Source of the DNA: Bacteroidales bacterium
GTDB taxonomy: Bacteria; Bacteroidota; Bacteroidia; Bacteroidales; VadinHA17
DNA: 64,000 bases
NCBI GenBank assembly: GCA_003142255.1
Contig: PLLO01000013.1
Location: 64,784 to 128,783, forward strand
Direction: 5' to 3'
Under the pieces are notes generated by a model. That model saw only the letters and a list, made by a program, of their open reading frames with translations. It had not been told where the DNA came from and searched no databases. Made by a program: the position numbers and the translations under genes. Positions 8,594 through 18,424 of the stretch are shown one piece after another. Every line of letters begins with the position of its first letter. The first letter of the stretch is position 1.

Positions 8594-9583
8594 ATGAAAT
8601 ATATCCGGATGTCACTTCTTGACGAAATCAGAAAGCCTGTTTTAAAGGAGATGGATGAATTTGAATCCTACTTCAACAGGACCATGAAAAGCGATGTACC
8701 GCTTCTGAAAATTGTCCTGAACTATATTCTGAGGAGGAAGGGGAAGCAGATGAGGCCGCTCCTGGTATTCCTTACTGCAAAGCTTAACGGCAAAATTTCT
8801 GAGCCAACATATGTGGCAGCGACTTTGATTGAACTGCTTCATACTGCGTCGCTTGTACACGATGATGTTGTTGATGATGCCCATGAGAGGCGCGGTGCGC
8901 TGTCGGTCAATGCATTGTGGAACTCAAAAATTGCCGTTCTTGCTGGCGATTATATGCTGTCAGCCGGCCTGCTCATCAGCGTTGAGAAATCGCGATATGA
9001 TATGCTGGAGATCGTTTCCGAATCAGTTCAGTCTATGGCAGAAGGAGAGCTCCTTCAGCTTCAGAAAGCCAGGAAGATGAATATCAAAGAGGAGGATTAT
9101 TATAAGATTATCATAAGCAAAACAGCGGCCCTGATCGCTGCATGCACAGCTACCGGAGCCCGGTCTGTGACAGAAGATCCCGACACAATTCAGCTTATGA
9201 AGGATTTTGGGGAGAATATCGGAATTGCATTCCAGATAAGGGATGATATCCTCGATTATGAATCAAACGGTCTTACCGGTAAAACAGTCGGCAACGATAT
9301 AAAAGAAAGGAAAATAACCCTTCCTCTTATCCATTCTCTTGAGCTTGCTTCTTTGCCGCTGAAAAGAAAAATACTTTCCATTGTTAAAAGCAGGAAGAAG
9401 ACCCGGGGAGAGATCAATGAAGTTATAAAATTCGTATCATCGACTGGCGGCATTGAATATGCTGAAACTAAAATGAATCAGTACCGTGACAAGGCGCTTG
9501 CCATTCTTGATTCGTACCCCGCTTCGGATGTTAAAGAATCGCTGCAGCAGTTCGTCAATTACACAACTTCCCGAAATAAATAA
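8594..9583 (+). CDS. Polyprenyl diphosphate synthase (trans-IPPS, IspB-like)
   Basis: 329 aa; both aspartate-rich motifs LVHDDVVDD and FQIRDDILD. A TATATTTG box at 8585-8592 suggests the second Met (8609) may be the true start. Confidence 0.85.
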   Translation: MKYIRMSLLDEIRKPVLKEMDEFESYFNRTMKSDVPLLKIVLNYILRRKGKQMRPLLVFLTAKLNGKISEPTYVAATLIELLHTASLVHDDVVDDAHERRGALSVNALWNSKIAVLAGDYMLSAGLLISVEKSRYDMLEIVSESVQSMAEGELLQLQKARKMNIKEEDYYKIIISKTAALIAACTATGARSVTEDPDTIQLMKDFGENIGIAFQIRDDILDYESNGLTGKTVGNDIKERKITLPLIHSLELASLPLKRKILSIVKSRKKTRGEINEVIKFVSSTGGIEYAETKMNQYRDKALAILDSYPASDVKESLQQFVNYTTSRNK

Positions 9584-9591
9584 CAGCCCTG

Positions 9592-10881
9592 TCAGGCGGC
9601 TTCTGCTTCAAGGTTAATCTTGGTGACTTTGTCCATGTCCTTCACATAATGGCGTGATCCCAGGTAAAACAACAGTGATCCAAGAACCAGCATAAAAGGT
9701 AGAATTTTCATTGCAGTGCTCAGATCCGACAAATCTGAAATCTTTCCAAGAACAATCGGGGCCGTAAATGAGCCCAGTAAATTCTGAACTGCTACTGCAA
9801 TAGCATATGATGTTGCGCGCAGTCCTGGATGAATGACATCCTGTGTTACGGCAGCAGCTCCTGCTATGAAGGTCATTATCAGCACTCCAAAAATAAACAA
9901 AGTAATCAGCTGCCCTGTCCCTTTCATAAAAAAGAAAGCCAGAAATAGCAGTAAGGCTGAAACAAACGTGGAAAGCGCCGGAAACAAAAGCCTTGCATTT
10001 GGTTGTTTTATCCTCCATTTATCAATTATCACGCCTCCAAGCGGCGCGCCAATAAGGGCTAAAAGCATTACTGCACCTGCCATTGTGCCTGCCGCCTTTG
10101 GCTGAATGTGACGTACTACTTCAAAGTATTTCGGGAGCCAGACTATCATTGCCGTTGTAACAAACACGATGGCAGCCATCCCGAAATAAGTGAAGATCAC
10201 AGATGGCTTTGAGATAAACTCCCTGATCATGTCTTTCTTTTCCATCTTGATTTTATTGTTGCTTTTATCAACGAAGGAAAGATCAACCGTTTTGTAATCT
10301 TTTACAAAAAGGAACAGAATGGCAATAATCAGTCCCGGTACGGCTACAATGCCGAAAGCATGCTTCCAGCCCCAGGCTTGTGCAATAATCCCGCCCATAG
10401 TTACTCCTATTGCAGAACCAAGGGGGATTGAAGCATTCCAGAATCCCATCATCTTTGATCTTTTTTCGAGCGGATATATGCCTGATATTAGGGCGCTTCC
10501 GCCCGGCGCATATCCTGCTTCGCCAAATCCTATAAATATTCTCGCCATAAAAAGCTGTACATAATTGCCGGTAAAGGCACAGACTGCAGTTGCAACACTC
10601 CAGACGATTGCCATAATTCCAATTGTCTTAGTTCTGCTCCAGCGGTCGATAAAAATTGATACCGGGAACGTCAGAATGCCGATCGAAAGATAAATTATGG
10701 AAACCAGCCATCCACATTGAGTGTCGTTTATAAACCAGTCTTTCTGTATCGATGTAAACATTGAGTTTACTACCATCCTGTCGGCATAATCAAACAGGTA
10801 TAGCAGAAACAGAAGTATGAATACATAATTTGAATACCGGAGTGAAAACAGGTATCCCTGGCGGTTTTCAGTACTTTTCAT
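9592..10881 (-). CDS. MFS transporter
   Basis: Start moved to MKSTENRQGYLF; about 12 TM helices; DRWSR loop motif between TM2 and TM3. Confidence 0.75.
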   Translation of the reverse strand: MKSTENRQGYLFSLRYSNYVFILLFLLYLFDYADRMVVNSMFTSIQKDWFINDTQCGWLVSIIYLSIGILTFPVSIFIDRWSRTKTIGIMAIVWSVATAVCAFTGNYVQLFMARIFIGFGEAGYAPGGSALISGIYPLEKRSKMMGFWNASIPLGSAIGVTMGGIIAQAWGWKHAFGIVAVPGLIIAILFLFVKDYKTVDLSFVDKSNNKIKMEKKDMIREFISKPSVIFTYFGMAAIVFVTTAMIVWLPKYFEVVRHIQPKAAGTMAGAVMLLALIGAPLGGVIIDKWRIKQPNARLLFPALSTFVSALLLFLAFFFMKGTGQLITLFIFGVLIMTFIAGAAAVTQDVIHPGLRATSYAIAVAVQNLLGSFTAPIVLGKISDLSDLSTAMKILPFMLVLGSLLFYLGSRHYVKDMDKVTKINLEAEAA

Positions 10882-11027
10882 AATGATTTGTTTTGTTACC
10901 CTATTAGCAAGTAAGATAAAAAAAATGTAAGTTGAAATTTTTTGTTGTATTTTTAAGTCTTTATACTTACCGTAAACAATTGTCCGGAAAGCTCTTTCAA
11001 ATATCAGAAATATAATAAGTTCTAAAA

Positions 11028-11477
11028 ATGGTAGCACTTAAACAAATTGAGGAATTCATTGCTTCGGAACCGATAGCAATGGTTGGCGTTTCAAGAGATC
11101 CGAAAAAGTTTGGTTTTGCCGCGTTCCGGGAATTAAAAGAAAGGGGAATGAATGTCATCCCTGTCAACCCGTATGCCGATGAGATACTCGGCATAAAAGT
11201 CTATCCTGGCCTGAAATCGTTGCCGTCCGGTATCAGGGGGATGATAGTTGTAACACCAAAAACCGCTACTGCTGCCGTTATAAAGGAAGCAAAGGAGGCA
11301 GGTATTAAACAGATCTGGATACAACAGAATTCTGATACTAAAGAAGCCGTTGATGAATTAATGGGAACAGATATTAACTATATTTCCGGTGAGTGTATTC
11401 TGATGCATTACAAACCAAACGGGATTCATAAATTTCATGGAAAGCTTAAGCGTTTTTTCGGCCGATTCCCTAAATAG
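11028..11477 (+). CDS. CoA-binding domain protein (YccU-like)
   Basis: 149 aa; IAMVGVSRDPKKFG Rossmann-like start typical of the CoA_binding_2 family. Confidence 0.7.
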   Translation: MVALKQIEEFIASEPIAMVGVSRDPKKFGFAAFRELKERGMNVIPVNPYADEILGIKVYPGLKSLPSGIRGMIVVTPKTATAAVIKEAKEAGIKQIWIQQNSDTKEAVDELMGTDINYISGECILMHYKPNGIHKFHGKLKRFFGRFPK

Positions 11478-11480
11478 ACC

Positions 11481-11903
11481 ATGGTACAGATGCCTGCAGA
11501 AGAAAACTACCTGTTTTCCATTGAATTCGCCGTACGCGATTATGAATGCGATATCCAGGGAATTGTGAACAATGCAAACTACCAGCATTACCTTGAACAT
11601 GCGCGCCACGAATTTCTTATCTCCCGGGGGATAAGCTTTACCGGGCTTCATGAAGAAGGTCTTGACGTTATCATTACGCGGATTGAGATAGATTACAAAT
11701 ATCCGCTCAGGAGCCGCGATAAGTTTGTTGTCAGGCTTAATTTACGAAGAGAAGGAAATATCAGGGTGGTTTTTGACCAGCATATATTCAGGCTCCCCGA
11801 CGAGAAACCGATTGTAAAAGCAAGCGTTGTCGCTGTTGCAACAAAAAACGGCAAGCCGGTTGCTCTGGGGAATTTGATATCCAGGCTTGGGTTAAATGAT
11901 TGA
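11481..11903 (+). CDS. Acyl-CoA thioesterase (4HBT/YbgC hotdog fold)
   Basis: 140 aa; VRDYECDIQGIVNNANYQHYLEHARHEFL matches the hotdog thioesterase N-terminus. Confidence 0.75.
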   Translation: MVQMPAEENYLFSIEFAVRDYECDIQGIVNNANYQHYLEHARHEFLISRGISFTGLHEEGLDVIITRIEIDYKYPLRSRDKFVVRLNLRREGNIRVVFDQHIFRLPDEKPIVKASVVAVATKNGKPVALGNLISRLGLND

Positions 11904-11969
11904 TATTAAATTCATTAATAAAACAGCCGCATATCTTTTATAAAGCAAATATTTTAAACTTAAATTAAA

Positions 11970-13841
11970 ATGAGAAAACGATTTCTTAAGTCATTTGGAT
12001 TTACTTTGGTTTTAACGTTGTTGCTGTCGTCAGTAATGTTTTCGCAACCGGGAATTTCGATAAAGGATAAGTACGACAAGCAGGAAGTTTATATCACTAT
12101 GCGCGACGGGGTAAGGCTTTTTACTTCAATCTATACTCCCAAAAACGATTCAGTGAAACATCCCATTCTAATGAACCGGACTCCCTATAACATAGAGGGA
12201 GGCGGCCCGGAAAGATATAACAGCTATCTGATGGTCTATTCCAGGTTTACCAGGGAAAACTATATTATGGTCTTCCAGGATGTCCGCGGGAAATTCATGA
12301 GCGAAGGCGAATATGAGGATATCCGCCCGGTTAATCCAGATAAAAAAAACAATAAGGATATTGATGAGACTACAGACACGTGGGACACTGTTGACTGGCT
12401 CATAAAAAATGTAAAAAACAATAATGGGAATGTCGGTATTTTTGGGATTTCCTATCCTGGTTTCTATTCGACAATGGGAATAATAAATGCTCATCCGGCA
12501 GTCAAGGCGGTTTCGCCGCAGGCTCCCGTAACTGCATGGTTCATAGGAGATGATGTTCATCATAATGGTGCTTTCTTCCTTCTTGACTGTTTCCCATTTG
12601 ATTTCTGGTTTGGAAAGCCGCGCAGGGGGCCGACAAGGATCGGAAATCCTAATTTTGTATGGCCGACTCCTGATAATTACGAGTTTTTTCTTTCTGCAGG
12701 AGCCATCCGAAACCTTTCTCCGAAATATTTCGGCGATAGTGTCAGGTGGTGGAAAGAGACTTTCGCCCACCCGGATTATGACGATTTCTGGAAGTCACGC
12801 GATCCCCAGCAATACCTGAAAAACGTAACACCAGCAGTAATGACTGTTGGCGGATGGTTTGATGCAGAAGATATGTATGGCGCTCTTCACACGTACCAGT
12901 CAATTGAAAAGCAAAATCCTCCCTCAACAAAAAACTATCTCGTTATGGGTCCCTGGTCCCATGGTCAGTGGATGTTCGGGAAGGCCACAAATATGGGTAA
13001 TATATACTGGGGGGTTGATGCAAATCAGAAATTTGCAGAAGAAGAGGTCAATTTCTTTGATTATTACCTCATGGGCAAAGGAGAACTTAATATCCCTGAA
13101 GCAACAATATTTGTCACGGGTTCAAATGAATGGAGAAAATTTGACAAATGGCCGCCTGAAAATGTAACTGAAAAGAACATATACCTTATGCCGGAAGAAA
13201 TAGCTTCTTTCTCAGCGCCTTCATTAAAAAGCAGTTATGACGAATATTTATCCGACCCGATGCACCCTGTCCCATATACTGAAGATGTTCATGCCCGCAG
13301 AACGACCGCCTACATGACTGATGACCAAAGATTTGCATCACGCAGGCCTGACGTTATGGTTTACCAGACAGGGGTGCTCACTGAAGATATCACTTTTACG
13401 GGTCCGCTGACTGCCGACCTTTTTGTTTCGACCACCGGTACTGATGCTGATTTTATTGTCAAGCTTATAGATGTTCTTCCTCCCGACACCAAGGCCGCTC
13501 CTGATCAGAATGTAAAAGTTCCTCTTGGCGGTTATCAGATGCTGGTGCGGGGAGAGGTTTTCAGAGGCAAATACCGGAATAGCTTTGAGAAACCGGAGCC
13601 TTTCAGGCCAGGGAAAGTAACTGAAGTGAAATATTCAATACCCGATGTGGCCCACACCTTTAAAAAAGGACACAGGATAATGATCCAGGTTCAGAATTCA
13701 TGGTTTCCGCTGGTCGACAGAAACCCCCAGAAATTTGTAGATATCTATACCTGTTCTGACAGCGATTTCCAGAAGGCCACCATGCGTATTTATCATGATG
13801 CCGCTCATCCGTCAAATCTAAAGGTAAAAGTTCTGAAATGA
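11970..13841 (+). CDS. CocE/NonD family hydrolase (X-Pro dipeptidyl-peptidase S15-like), secreted
   Basis: 623 aa; signal peptide; nucleophile elbow GISYPGF; size and C-terminal beta domain typical of the family. Confidence 0.75.
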   Translation: MRKRFLKSFGFTLVLTLLLSSVMFSQPGISIKDKYDKQEVYITMRDGVRLFTSIYTPKNDSVKHPILMNRTPYNIEGGGPERYNSYLMVYSRFTRENYIMVFQDVRGKFMSEGEYEDIRPVNPDKKNNKDIDETTDTWDTVDWLIKNVKNNNGNVGIFGISYPGFYSTMGIINAHPAVKAVSPQAPVTAWFIGDDVHHNGAFFLLDCFPFDFWFGKPRRGPTRIGNPNFVWPTPDNYEFFLSAGAIRNLSPKYFGDSVRWWKETFAHPDYDDFWKSRDPQQYLKNVTPAVMTVGGWFDAEDMYGALHTYQSIEKQNPPSTKNYLVMGPWSHGQWMFGKATNMGNIYWGVDANQKFAEEEVNFFDYYLMGKGELNIPEATIFVTGSNEWRKFDKWPPENVTEKNIYLMPEEIASFSAPSLKSSYDEYLSDPMHPVPYTEDVHARRTTAYMTDDQRFASRRPDVMVYQTGVLTEDITFTGPLTADLFVSTTGTDADFIVKLIDVLPPDTKAAPDQNVKVPLGGYQMLVRGEVFRGKYRNSFEKPEPFRPGKVTEVKYSIPDVAHTFKKGHRIMIQVQNSWFPLVDRNPQKFVDIYTCSDSDFQKATMRIYHDAAHPSNLKVKVLK

Positions 13842-13887
13842 TCAGGAAGGGAAAGAGAAGCAATTAAGCAGGTAAAAATCGTCATAT

Positions 13888-14817
13888 ATGCCAATAAAAA
13901 GAATAACCAGAAGGCAGTTTATTTCAGCTGTTGCCCTTGGAGCAGGAGTATTAGCTGTGGGGAAACCGGTACTTGATGCATCAATGTTTCCATTCAGGTC
14001 CGCGGTTGATCCCCTTCAAAAAATCTCACTTGGAAAAACCGGGATAAAGACTACTCTTCTTGGTATGGGAACTGGTTTTAATGGCTATGACCGGACTTCG
14101 GCAATAACAAGAGCCGGAACAGCAGAAACCGTTATCAGGCATGCATATGAATCGGGGATCAGATTTTTCGATTGTGCCGACAGTTATGGCACACATCCTT
14201 TTGTGGCGAAAGCACTTAACGGCGTATCCAGGGATAACTTTACCCTGAGTTCAAAGATCTGGGTAGCCCCGGGAGGAATACCTGAGCCGGAAAGGCCAGG
14301 CGCTGATATTGTCATTGACCGGTTCAGAAAGGAACTTGGGACAGATTATATCGACATCATCCAGATGCATTGCATGACCAGTGCCGGGTGGACAGATGAA
14401 TACAAAAAACAGATGGATCTGCTTGAGAATCTCAAAGCTAAAGGAATTATAAGAGCTCACGGAGTCTCGGTTCATTCTCTTGAAGCTATGGAGTCTGCTG
14501 CCGCTGATCCCTGGGTTGATGTTATTCATGTAAGGATAAACCCTTTCGGCGCTGCAATGGACAACAAAGATCCTGAAAAGGTCGTTCAGGTAATTAATAA
14601 GCTTCATGCTTCAGGTAAAGGGGTTATTGGAATGAAGCTTATCGGTAACGGAAATTTCCGGAACGATTCTGATAAAATAAACCAGTCGCTGAAGTATGTT
14701 CTGGGCCTGGGAACCGTCGATATGATCATTGCCGGGTTTGAAAAACCCGAACAGATCGATAACTACATATCAAGAGTTGAATCGGCTCTCAGGACTCTCA
14801 AAGAAGACAGGGTATAA
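13888..14817 (+). CDS. Aldo/keto reductase with Tat signal peptide
   Basis: 309 aa; TRRQFISAVALGAGVLA twin-arginine leader; AKR-like FFDCADSYG motif. Confidence 0.75.
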   Translation: MPIKRITRRQFISAVALGAGVLAVGKPVLDASMFPFRSAVDPLQKISLGKTGIKTTLLGMGTGFNGYDRTSAITRAGTAETVIRHAYESGIRFFDCADSYGTHPFVAKALNGVSRDNFTLSSKIWVAPGGIPEPERPGADIVIDRFRKELGTDYIDIIQMHCMTSAGWTDEYKKQMDLLENLKAKGIIRAHGVSVHSLEAMESAAADPWVDVIHVRINPFGAAMDNKDPEKVVQVINKLHASGKGVIGMKLIGNGNFRNDSDKINQSLKYVLGLGTVDMIIAGFEKPEQIDNYISRVESALRTLKEDRV

Positions 14818-15744
14818 ATGAATAGTTTTAAAAATCTGACAATGAAAAGGTTACTTTTTTTCTTAATCGTTTTAATTATAAATTTGCAAATTATCTTTGC
14901 TCAGGATGACCGGATGAGCAATATTATCATGCCCGGGGCAAAGCTTGAGAAAATTGCAGACGGGTTTCTGTTCACTGAGGGTCCGACTGCCGATACAAAA
15001 GGCAATGTTTATTTCACCGATCAGCCGAACGACAGGATAATGGTCTGGAACACAAAAACAGGTCTTTCGGTATATATGCAACCGGCAGGACGAGCTAACG
15101 GCATGGCCTTCGACAGTAAGGGAAACCTCTGGGCCTGTGCCGATAATAAGGATGAGCTGTGGAAGATCACTCCAGAAAAGAGTGTTGAAGTGGTTGTGAC
15201 CAATTACAACGGAAATCTTCTTAATGGTCCTAACGATCTGTGGATCAGACCTGACGGTGGAATATATCTCACTGATCCATTTTATAAACGTACCTGGTGG
15301 GATCATGATAAAATGCCACAGGATAAACAAGGTGTCTATTACCTTGAGCCGGGTAAAAAAACAGTTATAAGGGTTGCCGACGATCTTGTTCAGCCGAATG
15401 GAATTGTTGGCACGCCTGATGGGAAAACGCTTTTTATTGCAGACATTCGTGATAATAAAACATGGTCGTATTCAATAAATCCTGACGGTTCTTTATCAGG
15501 GAAAAAACTCTTTTGCGAGATGGGGTCTGACGGAATGACGATCGATTCCGAAGGGAATCTCTACCTTTCCGGTACGGGTGTTACTGTTTTTGACAAAACC
15601 GGAACCAGAGTTGGTAATATTCCTGTCCCGGAAAGCTGGACGGCAAATGTCTGTTTTGGCGACAAGGATTTTAAAAGTCTCTACATCACCGCCAGCAAAG
15701 GACTCTACAGGATAAAACTTAAAGTAAAAGGAACCAGGGGCTGA
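14818..15744 (+). CDS. SMP-30/gluconolactonase/LRE family protein, secreted
   Basis: 308 aa; signal peptide; EGPTADTKGNVYFTD and PNGI repeats of the six-bladed propeller lactonases. Confidence 0.75.
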   Translation: MNSFKNLTMKRLLFFLIVLIINLQIIFAQDDRMSNIIMPGAKLEKIADGFLFTEGPTADTKGNVYFTDQPNDRIMVWNTKTGLSVYMQPAGRANGMAFDSKGNLWACADNKDELWKITPEKSVEVVVTNYNGNLLNGPNDLWIRPDGGIYLTDPFYKRTWWDHDKMPQDKQGVYYLEPGKKTVIRVADDLVQPNGIVGTPDGKTLFIADIRDNKTWSYSINPDGSLSGKKLFCEMGSDGMTIDSEGNLYLSGTGVTVFDKTGTRVGNIPVPESWTANVCFGDKDFKSLYITASKGLYRIKLKVKGTRG

Positions 15745-15759
15745 TAATTATTGTCGTTT

Positions 15760-15778
15760 CCCTTTGCAGGGGGTTTTT
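15760..15778 (+). terminator. Weak terminator-like hairpin plus T-run
   Basis: CCCT-ttgc-AGGG followed by GGTTTTT, 16 nt after the stop at 15744. Confidence 0.35.
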
Positions 15779-15889
15779 CAACAATTCTTCAATATTTACT
15801 ATTTCTCATGACCTCCTTTCGGGAAATTCTTTATTATTGTACGCTTGATTTGTTGAGAAAAGTCATTTTCATTTTAAATATATTCAGTG

Positions 15890-16081
15890 ATGGACGGAAC
15901 ACGTAGGGCAGATATCATGCCGGGAATATCAGTAATGGTTGAGCTAACGGAACATAAACGGACAGGCAGGCTTACCGGGGGTAAGGTTAAGGAAGTGCTT
16001 ACGACCGCTCCCGTTCATCCTCATGGAATAAAAGTGATGCTTGAGAGCGGACTCGTTGGAAGGATCAAACAGATTATCTGA
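15890..16081 (+). CDS. YwbE family small protein
   Basis: 63 aa; GRLTGGKVKEVLT...HPHGIKVML..GLVGRI pattern of the YwbE family. Confidence 0.6.
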   Translation: MDGTRRADIMPGISVMVELTEHKRTGRLTGGKVKEVLTTAPVHPHGIKVMLESGLVGRIKQII

Positions 16082-16189
16082 ATTCTGCAGATAATCACAT
16101 AAATCAATCATTCAAAAAATTGACTAATTTTGAATTCTGTGAACCCTTTGCATTCCGGGTTTCTGTTTATTAATTCAAATATTTGAAAA

Positions 16190-17515
16190 ATGAAATATGA
16201 GGATTTCCTGATAACCGCTCTCGGAAAAGGGAATGTGATTTCTCCCTTAAAGCAGAGTCAGAGGGCTGATAGTCCTGTTTATAAATTTGTCAAGGATGAC
16301 GAGAGGATCCTATACGAAGTATCCCTTGAGTCGTTTCAAAAATGCCGGGAGAATGGGGTTATGCCTGTGTCATTTGAAAAAGCCGGACCCAAGGAGACCA
16401 TTTACTTTGAACCGGCCAAAACAAAAGTGGCTATCGTCACTTGCGGCGGACTGTGCCCAGGGCTCAACAATGTTATCCGGGGTCTTGTTAACCAACTTTA
16501 CTACAGGTATGGCGTAAACAGGATACTCGGGATAAGATACGGATACGAGGGGTTCATTTCAAAATATAATCACTCCGTAATCGAACTTACAGCTCCAATG
16601 GTAAGCGATATCCATCTTGCAGGGGGTTCTTTCCTGGGAATGTCACGCGGCGAACAGGATGTAAAAGAGATAGTTGATACTCTTGAGATCCTGAACGTCA
16701 ATATTCTATTCTGTATCGGAGGCGACGGGACACTTAAGGGCGCACATGCCATTCATGAGGAAATAACAAAAAGAAAACTTAAAATATGCGTTGCCGGAAT
16801 TCCCAAAACTATTGACAACGATATTGATCTGATCCAGAAATCATTCGGCTTTGAAACAGCCTTTTCCATAGCAAACGACATCATCAGAAATGCCCATAAT
16901 GAAGCCCAGGGAGCATATAATGGCGTAGCTCTCGTGAAGCTAATGGGGCGCGATTCGGGATTTATTGCTGCCAGTGCTGCGCTTGCTATCCAGGAGGTGA
17001 ATTTCGTCCTGGTACCCGAGATATCCTTCGATCTTTACGGGATCCGCGGATTCCTGAAGATACTCCGGAAACGGCTCGAAGAGAGACATCATGCAGTAAT
17101 TGTGGTTGCAGAAGGCGCCGGTCAGGATCTGATCGAATCAAAGGATTTACAGAAAGATGCTTCGGGGAACGTAAAACATAAGGATATCGGTATATATCTC
17201 AAGGAAAAGATAAAGGAAGAGTTCGATTCAAAGGGCTTTCCCTATTCTATAAAATACATCGATCCAAGCTACATCATCCGTAGCGCACCGGCTAATGCCA
17301 ACGATAGTAAGTTCTGCAACCTGCTTGCACAAAATGCAGTTCATGCAGCAGTGGCAGGTAAGACCGATTTTGTTGTAGGCTACTGGAATTATGAGTTTAC
17401 CCTTATTCCGATACCGATGGCTGTCGCCAGGCGTAAGAAAATCGATGTTGAAGGAGAGCTTTGGTGGAACGTCCTCGAGGCAACCGGACAACCCATAAGC
17501 ATGAAGAATCCCTGA
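16190..17515 (+). CDS. pfkA: ATP-dependent 6-phosphofructokinase (long form)
   Basis: 441 aa; GGLCPGLN, GGDGT, PKTIDND and MGRDSG motifs; GGDG (not GGDD) argues for ATP dependence. Confidence 0.85.
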   Translation: MKYEDFLITALGKGNVISPLKQSQRADSPVYKFVKDDERILYEVSLESFQKCRENGVMPVSFEKAGPKETIYFEPAKTKVAIVTCGGLCPGLNNVIRGLVNQLYYRYGVNRILGIRYGYEGFISKYNHSVIELTAPMVSDIHLAGGSFLGMSRGEQDVKEIVDTLEILNVNILFCIGGDGTLKGAHAIHEEITKRKLKICVAGIPKTIDNDIDLIQKSFGFETAFSIANDIIRNAHNEAQGAYNGVALVKLMGRDSGFIAASAALAIQEVNFVLVPEISFDLYGIRGFLKILRKRLEERHHAVIVVAEGAGQDLIESKDLQKDASGNVKHKDIGIYLKEKIKEEFDSKGFPYSIKYIDPSYIIRSAPANANDSKFCNLLAQNAVHAAVAGKTDFVVGYWNYEFTLIPIPMAVARRKKIDVEGELWWNVLEATGQPISMKNP

Positions 17516-17516
17516 T

Positions 17517-18122
17517 ATGATCAGGAATATCATATTCGACCTTGGGAATGTTCTCATCAGTTTCAGGCCGGAAGAATACCTTTTAAAAAATAATTATCCT
17601 GAAGCCAAAAGGAAGATTATCCATTCGGATATCTTCGGAAGCATTGAGTGGCTTCTTCTCGATAACGGTGAAATAAGCACCGGGAAGGCAATTGATCGTA
17701 TTGCAGGGAAATCTTCGCTCAGAAGGGAGGAAATAGCCCTTATTTTCAATAAACGGACAAAGATCATGTCTCCCATTGCAGAGAACGTCAAACTCCTTCC
17801 TGGACTAAAAAAAGGGGGTTACAGGCTATATTACCTTTCCAACTTCCCGGTTGATATTTTTGATGAAGTAAAAAAAAGTTATTCTTTCTTTAAATATTTT
17901 GATGGCGGAATTATTTCAGGTGCGGTCCACTATTCAAAACCAGATCCGGAAATATTCAATGTCTTGCATCATAAATATGGTCTCCTTGCCAAAGAATGTT
18001 TTTTTATCGACGATATTGAGAAAAATGTTATCGTTGCAAAATCGATAGGAATGAAAGGATTTTGTACATCAGGATCGACAAATATTTCTGATGAATTTTT
18101 AAAAAGCCTGAAATGGCATTAG
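17517..18122 (+). CDS. HAD family hydrolase
   Basis: 201 aa; motif I IIFDLGNV and C-terminal FFIDD motif. Confidence 0.75.
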   Translation: MIRNIIFDLGNVLISFRPEEYLLKNNYPEAKRKIIHSDIFGSIEWLLLDNGEISTGKAIDRIAGKSSLRREEIALIFNKRTKIMSPIAENVKLLPGLKKGGYRLYYLSNFPVDIFDEVKKSYSFFKYFDGGIISGAVHYSKPDPEIFNVLHHKYGLLAKECFFIDDIEKNVIVAKSIGMKGFCTSGSTNISDEFLKSLKWH

Positions 18123-18402
18123 CCTTTTTTGTAAACCATAAAGATCATTAAGGGGAAAAACCAAAACTATTCTTCTCCCTTTTTCGATTTTAAATTTTCC
18201 TTCTTTTCAAAATTGATTTGCCTTCTCCTTTTGTTTTTCGAACAAACAATCACCGTATTCGAAAAAACGGCTCTTTCAGATCAAAAATTCACGTCCGGTA
18301 CCCGGGCTGGCTTAAAATACTCAACTCTCGTTGAGTTAAAACCAAAGGTAATTGAAGCTATCCGATTGTATTTATGATATTTAAGGTGGTTGCAGATATA
18401 TA

Positions 18403-18417
18403 TTGTTCCACGTGGAA
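18403..18417. repeat. TTGTTCCACGTGGAA palindromic motif, copy 1
   Basis: 12-bp perfect palindrome TTCCACGTGGAA, 8 nt beyond the uvrC stop; same 15-mer at 21876-21890. Confidence 0.6.
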
Positions 18418-18424
18418 ACCAGCG

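Noticed and set aside
9592-11037. Long N-terminal extensions in the ORF track: MFS 481 aa, TPR 602 aa, GH43 362 aa, pirin 315 aa, DPP-IV 730 aa, and the lipoprotein at 3593
   Set aside because: In each case an internal Met begins a typical signal peptide or the conserved N-terminus, and the extension would overlap a neighbouring gene or promoter. The starts were moved downstream.
12168-12770. 200-aa minus-strand ORF. Similar long antisense ORFs lie at 14872-15330, 31805-32260, 33706-34131, 50583-50996, 55849-56232, 56413-56784 and 9614-10018.
   Set aside because: Each lies entirely inside a motif-supported gene on the opposite strand and has a low-complexity, Arg/Ser/Ile-rich composition with no recognisable motifs. 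They are shadow ORFs.
18290-18312. CCGGTACCCGGG (adjacent KpnI and SmaI sites), which looks like a cloning polylinker
   Set aside because: It is only 12 nt with no flanking vector-like sequence, so it is most likely coincidence.
18123-18402. 280-bp gap between the convergent HAD and uvrC genes as a possible small RNA gene
   Set aside because: Only weak hairpins are present (for example ACTCAAC-tctc-GTTGAGT at 18319-18336), with no promoter box plus terminator pair and no recognisable RNA family. RNA-seq would be needed to settle it.
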